The notes under the pieces: model-generated
Databases searched by the model: none
The model's input: the letters and a program-made list of their open reading frames with translations, nothing else
What the model was told of the DNA's origin: nothing
Program-made: the position numbers and the translations under genes
Shown: positions 57,973 to 64,000 of the stretch, piece by piece
How positions within the stretch are numbered: position 1 is the first letter of the stretch
How the letters are laid out: each line of letters begins with the position of its first letter
Assembly (NCBI GenBank): GCA_016871915.1
Contig: VHBP01000003.1
Span: forward strand, 11,905-75,904
Length of the DNA: 64,000 nt
DNA from: Gemmatimonadota bacterium
Lineage (GTDB): Bacteria > Gemmatimonadota > Gemmatimonadetes > Gemmatimonadales > Gemmatimonadaceae
Direction: 5' to 3'

Positions 57973-59745
57973 TCACCGCGCCGATATCGGGCGCCAGAAC
58001 CCCTGCAGCACCCGGAGAACCCCCACCCCACTCACCACGAAGACGCCGAGCCAGGTGAGCGCGAGTGTGGTGTTCCCCGCGAGGGTCGCCCCGACACCGA
58101 AGAGCGCCCCATAGACGAGGAAGATCCCCGCCACCCACCCGAGCATCGCCTGTGGGATCGAGTCGCTCGAGGCGGGGAGCCCCGTCGCCGCGCGCACCTT
58201 CGCCCATCCGGGGCCTGCGGGACGCACCAGCCGATAGAACGACTCGAGCACCTTGGCATCGGTCTGCGGCCCGAGATAGGCTGCCGCGATCCAGACGATG
58301 GTCGTCACCGCCACGGTGCCGAGGAGCGAGGTCGTCCCCGTGATCGCCGTGCCCTGCAGCTTGGCAAGATGAAAGCCGATCGCCGTGCCGAAGGAGGCGA
58401 CCATCGCCGCGATCTCCGCCGCCGCATTCACGCGCCACCAGTACCAACGGAGGAGATAGAGGAGCCCCGTCCCCGCCCCGATCGAAAGGAGGAGGGTGAA
58501 GCCGGTGGAAGCGGTATTGATGTACCGCGTCACGAAGGCGGCGACGAGCATCAGCCCCGCCGTCACGAGTCGCCCGACGAGCACGTAGTGCCGCTCCGTC
58601 GCGTCCGAGCGCACGAAGCGCCGATAGAAATCATGGACGAGATACGACGTCCCCCAGTTGAGATGGGTGACGATCGTCGAGACGTAGGCGGCAAGGAGCC
58701 CCGCGATCATGAGCCCGAGCCATCCTGCGGGGAGGAAGGTCAGCATCGCCGGATAGGCGATGTCGTGGCCGATGAGATTCGCCGGGACGTTCGGGAAGGC
58801 TTGCGCGATCTCCGGTAGCGTCGGGAAGACGAGGATCGAGCAGAGCGCGACGATGATCCAGGGCCAGGTGCGCATCCCATAGTGCGCTACGTTGAAGAAG
58901 AGCGTCCCGAGGAGCGCGTCCTTCTCGCTCTTGGAGGCGAGCATCCGCTGCGCGATATAGCTCCCGCCCCCCGGCTCCGCACCCGGATACCAGACCGACC
59001 ACCACTGCACCGTGAGCGGGAGGATGAAGATCGTGAGGAAGGTCGCGGGGTTCGAGCTATCGGGGAGAAAGGCGTAGCTCTCCGCCGGGAGCTTGGCGAA
59101 GAGTCCCGCGAGCCCACCGACCTCGGGACGCTGCAAGGCGAAGTAGGCGGCCGCGAACGCCCCCGTCATCGCGATCCCGAACTGGATGAGGTCGATCACC
59201 AGCACCCCCCAGAGCCCGGAGATCGCGGCGAAGCCGATGTTGAGCCCCGCGCACCAGAGGAGGGTACGCTCCATCTCCCACCCGAGGAGCATACTCGCGA
59301 TCTTCACCGCCGCGAGGTTCACCGTGGCCATGATGACCACGTTGAAGACGAGCCCGAGGTACACGGCGCGGAAGCCGCGCACGAGGCTCGCCGCACGTCC
59401 GGAGTAGCGGATCTCATAGAACTCGAGGTCGGTGAGGACCCCCGAGCGTCGCCACATCCGCGCGTAGAACATCACCGTCGCCATCCCCGTGAGGAGGAAG
59501 GCCCACCAGGCCCAGTTCCCCGCCACCCCGCCCTGCCGCACGAGGTCGGTCACGAGGTTCGGTGTATCGGTGGAGAAGGTCGTCGCGACCATCGAGATCC
59601 CGATCAACCACCACGGCGCCGCGCGCCCCGACGTGAAGAACTCCTCGGTGTTCTGCCCCGCGCGACGCGCCATCATCAGTGCCGGCACGAAGGCGATCAA
59701 CAACGAGACGACGATGACGATCCAATCGAGGGAGACGAGGCGCAT
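57973..59745 (-). CDS. Sodium:solute symporter (SSS) family transporter
   Basis: FFTSGR..PWW..GISMVATTFSTDTP, GGGSYIAQRM, LAAYVST...LNWG; about 14 TMs. Confidence 0.9.
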   Translation of the reverse strand: MRLVSLDWIVIVVSLLIAFVPALMMARRAGQNTEEFFTSGRAAPWWLIGISMVATTFSTDTPNLVTDLVRQGGVAGNWAWWAFLLTGMATVMFYARMWRRSGVLTDLEFYEIRYSGRAASLVRGFRAVYLGLVFNVVIMATVNLAAVKIASMLLGWEMERTLLWCAGLNIGFAAISGLWGVLVIDLIQFGIAMTGAFAAAYFALQRPEVGGLAGLFAKLPAESYAFLPDSSNPATFLTIFILPLTVQWWSVWYPGAEPGGGSYIAQRMLASKSEKDALLGTLFFNVAHYGMRTWPWIIVALCSILVFPTLPEIAQAFPNVPANLIGHDIAYPAMLTFLPAGWLGLMIAGLLAAYVSTIVTHLNWGTSYLVHDFYRRFVRSDATERHYVLVGRLVTAGLMLVAAFVTRYINTASTGFTLLLSIGAGTGLLYLLRWYWWRVNAAAEIAAMVASFGTAIGFHLAKLQGTAITGTTSLLGTVAVTTIVWIAAAYLGPQTDAKVLESFYRLVRPAGPGWAKVRAATGLPASSDSIPQAMLGWVAGIFLVYGALFGVGATLAGNTTLALTWLGVFVVSGVGVLRVLQGFWRPISAR

Positions 59746-61140
59746 CTACTTGGCCCTCTGCCAGGCACCGCGGGTGAAGTCGGGGAACTGCATCGGCGCA
59801 CTTCCCTTGGCCACCGACATCTGACTCAGCGGCATCGGCGCGCTCCAGCTCGCCGCATCGTAGACGTCCAAATCGGGGACGAGCCCCTCGCGCATGCACT
59901 CCACCAAGCGGTACGCCATGATGAAGTCCATCCCGCCATGCCCCCCCTTCTTCCGCGCGAGCTCCCCGACGCGCGTCCACAGGGGATCCTCATGCGTCTG
60001 CTTGAAGCGGTCGATCGGGCCGAAGCGCTCCCCACCCGCCTGCCCCTCCACATAGATGCGCGCCGGATAATCCTCGAACACCCCCTTCGTCCCCTGCACC
60101 CCATTCAATCGCGAGTAGGGACGCGGGTTCGAGACATCATGTTGCAGCAGGATGTTCCGCCCCTTCGCCGTCATGATCAGCGAGGAGTTGAGGTCCCCCG
60201 TGATGTATCTCTCTTGCCACTTGGGATCGGTCCTATCCTTGACCGTCTGCTCACGATGCAGCGTGAGCCCCCGCTCCGGGGTGCTCATCGAGACCAGATA
60301 GGTCATCCGGTCCCCGGCGTTCAGATCCATGTACCACGCCACCGGCCCGAGCCCATGCGTGGGGTAGAGGTTCCCATCCATCTTCGTATGCCAGGCGCGC
60401 CGCCAGAGCCCCTCGTCGCGGTTCTCGAAGAGGATCGCGCGCAGATCGTGTAGATACGCCGCACTCCCGTAGAGCACCTCGCCGAGCACCCCGTCGTGCA
60501 CGAGGCGGTTCACCAACATCTCGTTGTAGCCGTAGTTGCAATTCTCGAGCTGCATGCAGTGGCGCTGCGCCTGCTCGCTCGCATCCACCAGTGCCCAGAG
60601 ATCCTTGAGCGTCGCCCCCACGGGGCACTCGGCGCCGCAGTGCTTCCCTGCCTTCAGCGCGGCGAGGAGCACCGGTACATGCCACTCCCACGGCGTGGCG
60701 GTATAGACGTAGTCGATGTCGTCGCGCTGCACGAGGCGCTCGTAATCTCGCTCGCCATTGGTGTAGACCGCGGGCGCCTCCTGCCCCGCGTCGGTGCACA
60801 TCTTCACCGCGCGCGCCGCCTTCTCCGGGGCGATGTCCGCCACCGCGACGATCTTCACCCCATCGATCGCGAGGAGCTCCGAGAGGATGCTCCGTCCGCG
60901 GAGCCCCGTCCCGACGATCGCGAAGCGCACCACCGGATGCCGCGAGAAGGGCACCCCCTTCATGGTCTTCGCCCCCGCCGGCCGCTCCGGCACCGCATCG
61001 GGGGCGGTGGCGGCGGTGATCGATTCGGCGATCGCGGGGAGGGGGGTCAGCGCCCCAGCGGCGACGAGGCCGGCACCGGTGGCGAGGGCCTGCTTCAGCA
61101 GGTCACGGCGATGAAGCTGGTCGGTCACGTGCGGGTCCAC
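59746..61140 (-). CDS. Tat-exported NAD+-dependent glycosidase, GH109 (alpha-N-acetylgalactosaminidase-like, Gfo/Idh/MocA fold)
   Basis: RRDLLK twin-arginine signal, VGTGLRG, TPWEWH, LENCNY, YLHDLR, YPTHGLGP, GGHGGMDF. Confidence 0.85.
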   Translation of the reverse strand: MDPHVTDQLHRRDLLKQALATGAGLVAAGALTPLPAIAESITAATAPDAVPERPAGAKTMKGVPFSRHPVVRFAIVGTGLRGRSILSELLAIDGVKIVAVADIAPEKAARAVKMCTDAGQEAPAVYTNGERDYERLVQRDDIDYVYTATPWEWHVPVLLAALKAGKHCGAECPVGATLKDLWALVDASEQAQRHCMQLENCNYGYNEMLVNRLVHDGVLGEVLYGSAAYLHDLRAILFENRDEGLWRRAWHTKMDGNLYPTHGLGPVAWYMDLNAGDRMTYLVSMSTPERGLTLHREQTVKDRTDPKWQERYITGDLNSSLIMTAKGRNILLQHDVSNPRPYSRLNGVQGTKGVFEDYPARIYVEGQAGGERFGPIDRFKQTHEDPLWTRVGELARKKGGHGGMDFIMAYRLVECMREGLVPDLDVYDAASWSAPMPLSQMSVAKGSAPMQFPDFTRGAWQRAK

Positions 61141-61169
61141 GGGTGGGGGGTGGGGACCTCAACTTCGGC

Positions 61170-62159
61170 TCAGGAGCTGCGGCGAACCTCCGAATGGTCG
61201 CCAAGAACGACCGCCCCCGTAACCCCCTCCACATGGCACGCATCCCCGATCATCGAGGTGTGCAGCGTGCACCCGGTGACCGTCGTCCCGGTCCCGAGGA
61301 TCGTATCCCGCAGCGTCGAGTCGGTGACCGTGCTCCCCGCGGGGATCACGACGTTCGGGCCGATGGTCGCATTGCGCACCGTCGCCCCCGCCTCGATCCG
61401 CACCGGCTCGATGATCGCCACCCCCGCCGGCACCTTCGCGGGCCGCTCGGCGCGCCCCTTCTCCAGCATCACCTGATTGGTCTCGAGCAGGGTGTCGAGC
61501 TTCCCAGCGTCATACCACCCCTCCACATCGATCACGCGGATCTTCGCCCCGCGCTCGATCATGTACTGGAAGGCATCGGTCAGGTAGAACTCCCCCTTGT
61601 TCGCGGGCTGCGCGAGCACATGCGCGATCCCCTCGTACAGGAGCTGCCAGTTCTTGATGTAGTAGAGCCCGATGTTCGCGCGCTTGGAGATCGGCGTCGA
61701 CGGCTTCTCGACGATCTGCGTCATATGGCCGTTGGCGTCGGCCACCACCACGCCGAAGCGCTGGTAGTCCTCGACCTCCTTGGTCCAGATGATCCCGTCG
61801 TCCTCGCACCCCTCGATCACCGAGAGATCGGCGTCGAAGATCGTGTCGACGAAGATGATCAGCACCGGCGCGTCCACCTGCGCCTTGGCGAGGGCGATCG
61901 CCCCCGCGGTCCCATCCTGGACCTTCTGCTCGATGAAGACGCCGGGGATCGGATAGGCGCCGCGCGCATGGCGCTCGACCGCCTCCTTGAGATGCCCCGT
62001 GATGTAGACGACCTCGGTCACGCCGGTGAGCTTCGCGACGTCATCCATCACATAGTCCATCACCGGCTTGCCGGCCACCTTGAGCATCGGCTTCGGCACG
62101 GTGTGGGTATGCGGCCGGAGCCGCGTCCCCTTCCCCGCGAGCGGGATGATCACCTTCAC
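61170..62159 (-). CDS. Sugar-phosphate nucleotidyltransferase with C-terminal left-handed beta-helix
   Basis: PLAGKGTRLRP..PKPML, DGTAGAI, RFGVV, VEKP, GEFYLTDA, WYDAG, hexapeptide repeats. Confidence 0.88.
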   Translation of the reverse strand: MKVIIPLAGKGTRLRPHTHTVPKPMLKVAGKPVMDYVMDDVAKLTGVTEVVYITGHLKEAVERHARGAYPIPGVFIEQKVQDGTAGAIALAKAQVDAPVLIIFVDTIFDADLSVIEGCEDDGIIWTKEVEDYQRFGVVVADANGHMTQIVEKPSTPISKRANIGLYYIKNWQLLYEGIAHVLAQPANKGEFYLTDAFQYMIERGAKIRVIDVEGWYDAGKLDTLLETNQVMLEKGRAERPAKVPAGVAIIEPVRIEAGATVRNATIGPNVVIPAGSTVTDSTLRDTILGTGTTVTGCTLHTSMIGDACHVEGVTGAVVLGDHSEVRRSS

Positions 62160-62530
62160 GGCGCGGAGGTCCCCTCGCGGCCGTAGCGATCGTTGAGGCG
62201 GACCACATCATCCAGATGCGGCGTCGACGCCTCGAGCACATCGCAGTCGGTGACGGCCTCCATCTGATGGATGGTCCCCGGCGTGTTCCGGTAGCTCTCC
62301 CCCGCCTTCAGCGTCACCTCGACGAGCTGCTCCCCCTGCTGGATGCGGTAGATCATCTCCCCGCGCAGAAGATGGATCGTCTCGTCCTTCTGATTGTGAT
62401 ACTGGAGCGAGAGCGCATGCCCCGCCTTGATATGGAGCACCTTCCCCACGTAGTGCTCCGTGTGCGCCCAGATCGTCTCATGCCCCCAGGGCTTGGGGAC
62501 GATGCGGACCTGGACAGGACCGGCCGACAT
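62156..62530 (-). CDS. Cupin protein (mannose-6-phosphate isomerase type II C-terminal-like)
   Basis: PKPWG, LSLQYH..KDE, GTIHQM, DDVVRLNDRYGR. Confidence 0.8.
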   Translation of the reverse strand: MSAGPVQVRIVPKPWGHETIWAHTEHYVGKVLHIKAGHALSLQYHNQKDETIHLLRGEMIYRIQQGEQLVEVTLKAGESYRNTPGTIHQMEAVTDCDVLEASTPHLDDVVRLNDRYGREGTSAP

Positions 62531-62533
62531 CGT

Positions 62534-63076
62534 TCAGCGGCCGGCGACGAGGCGGTCGCGGAGTCGGCTCAAGCGACGCTGCACCGACCCATCCATCACG
62601 GTGTCACCCACGCGCACCACGACCCCGCCCAAGATGCGCGGATCGACGGTCACATGCGGGACGACGGTCTTCTGGAGCGCCTTGGAGAGCGCCGCGGCGA
62701 TCGCGTCGCGCAGCGCGGCATCGGCCTCGCGCGCGACCGTCACGCGGGCGTGCACTCGGCCCTCGGCCTCGTCGAGGAGGTTGTGATACTCCGTCGCGAT
62801 CGACGGGAGGAGCATCTGCCGGCGGTTGGCGACGAGCTTCTCGACGAAGCGCACGAAGGTCGGCGCGGCGATCCCGCCGAGGGCAGCGCGGAGGAGCTGT
62901 GTCTTCTGCGCCTCCGTCACACGCGGATTGTCGAGCACAGTGCGCAGCGTCGGGACGCTCGCCACCGCGTCGCCCAGCGCATCGATGACCGTCCCCCAGG
63001 CCTCACGCGATCGCCCCTTGGTGGCGAGGGTGAGGAGCGCCTCGGCGTAGTTCCGCGCGATCGAGACCTCGCGCAT
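62534..63076 (-). CDS. atpH: ATP synthase F1 subunit delta
   Basis: IARNYAEAL, LDNPRV, VDPRILGGVVVRVGDTVMDGSV. Confidence 0.95.
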   Translation of the reverse strand: MREVSIARNYAEALLTLATKGRSREAWGTVIDALGDAVASVPTLRTVLDNPRVTEAQKTQLLRAALGGIAAPTFVRFVEKLVANRRQMLLPSIATEYHNLLDEAEGRVHARVTVAREADAALRDAIAAALSKALQKTVVPHVTVDPRILGGVVVRVGDTVMDGSVQRRLSRLRDRLVAGR

Positions 63077-63648
63077 CAGTTCGACCTCAACGTCGTGAGA
63101 TACTGCTCGACGAGCTGACGGTCGGCGGCGGCATCGAGCTTCTGCCCGATGAGCTTCCCGGCGCCGGCGAGGGCGAGATCCACCGCCTCGCGGCGGAGCG
63201 CGGCGATCGCCGAGGCCTGCTCGGCCTCGATCGTCTTGCGCGCGTTCTCGATCATCTCCGTCTGCTGCTTGCGGGTCTGCTCGACCATCTCGTTCCGCAT
63301 CGTCTCGGCCGTCGCGCGGCCTTCCGCGATGTAGCGCTGCGCCTCGTTGCGCGCCGCCTCGATCGCCACCTTCTGCTCGGCGACGAGCTTGGCGGCCTCG
63401 GTGCGATCGCGCTCGGCGGCGGCCATCGCATCGGCGATCGCCTGCTCGCGGCCGCGGACCGCCTCGAGGATCGGGCCGAAGGCGAACGTCTTGAGCCCGA
63501 GGAGGAGGAGGACGAAGACGATGATCGTCCAGGTCATCAACCCGAGGTGCGGGTCGAGGAGACTGGGCTTGGCCCCCGCCTCGGCGGACGCGAAGGCCGG
63601 CGTGGCGGTGAGGACGAGCAGGGCGGAGGCGAGGAGCGGAGCGCGCAT
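63076..63648 (-). CDS. atpF: ATP synthase F0 subunit b
   Basis: WTIIVFVLLLLGLKTFAFGPILEAV..RE, long coiled coil, LALAGAGKLIG. Confidence 0.93.
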   Translation of the reverse strand: MRAPLLASALLVLTATPAFASAEAGAKPSLLDPHLGLMTWTIIVFVLLLLGLKTFAFGPILEAVRGREQAIADAMAAAERDRTEAAKLVAEQKVAIEAARNEAQRYIAEGRATAETMRNEMVEQTRKQQTEMIENARKTIEAEQASAIAALRREAVDLALAGAGKLIGQKLDAAADRQLVEQYLTTLRSN

Positions 63649-63665
63649 GGGCTGGAAAGGAAGGG

Positions 63666-63720
63666 GCGGCCCGAGGGCCGCGTCAGGCGTGGGCGACGGT
63701 GCGAGCACCGCCGCCCACGC
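63666..63720 (-). promoter_or_regulatory. Two tandem GC hairpins (both with CUCG loops on the mRNA) in the atpE-atpF spacer
   Basis: 15-bp stem 63687-63720 (one G.U on the mRNA) and 6-bp stem 63666-63681, followed by a pyrimidine run CCCUUCCUUUCC. Confidence 0.65.
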
Positions 63721-63732
63721 GACTAACGGGAG

Positions 63733-64000
<268 letters not shown>

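Overview
High-GC (about 70%), densely coding bacterial chromosomal window. The gene set and several lineage-type hypothetical proteins suggest Gemmatimonadota, which is an inference. It holds about 62 protein-coding genes, mostly housekeeping: LPS core, glmS/glmM, purD, mutM, late futalosine-type menaquinone genes, guaB, gpmI, Moco/FdhD accessory genes, ETF/FadF, icd, cstA and the atpE-F-H part of a split ATP synthase operon. I found no rRNA, tRNA, CRISPR array, integrase or transposase. The main leads are: (1) a GH109 - sodium:solute symporter - nucleotidyltransferase - GHMP kinase - MFS sugar-salvage unit whose kinase has an altered sugar-binding motif (GEH to GKH); (2) a eukaryote-like alkylglycerol-monooxygenase homologue in the same window as a Cx5HGH (BH4-type) pterin synthase and an SDR; (3) a SigW-like ECF module with two copies of its probable promoter, one embedded in a heptamer repeat array; (4) an L,D-transpeptidase with a catalytically dead paralogue and an SH3-repeat protein; (5) a METTL20-like methyltransferase next to etfAB; (6) a frameshifted type IV pilin gene missed by the ORF track. 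All product calls come from motif recognition by eye; no database searches were run.
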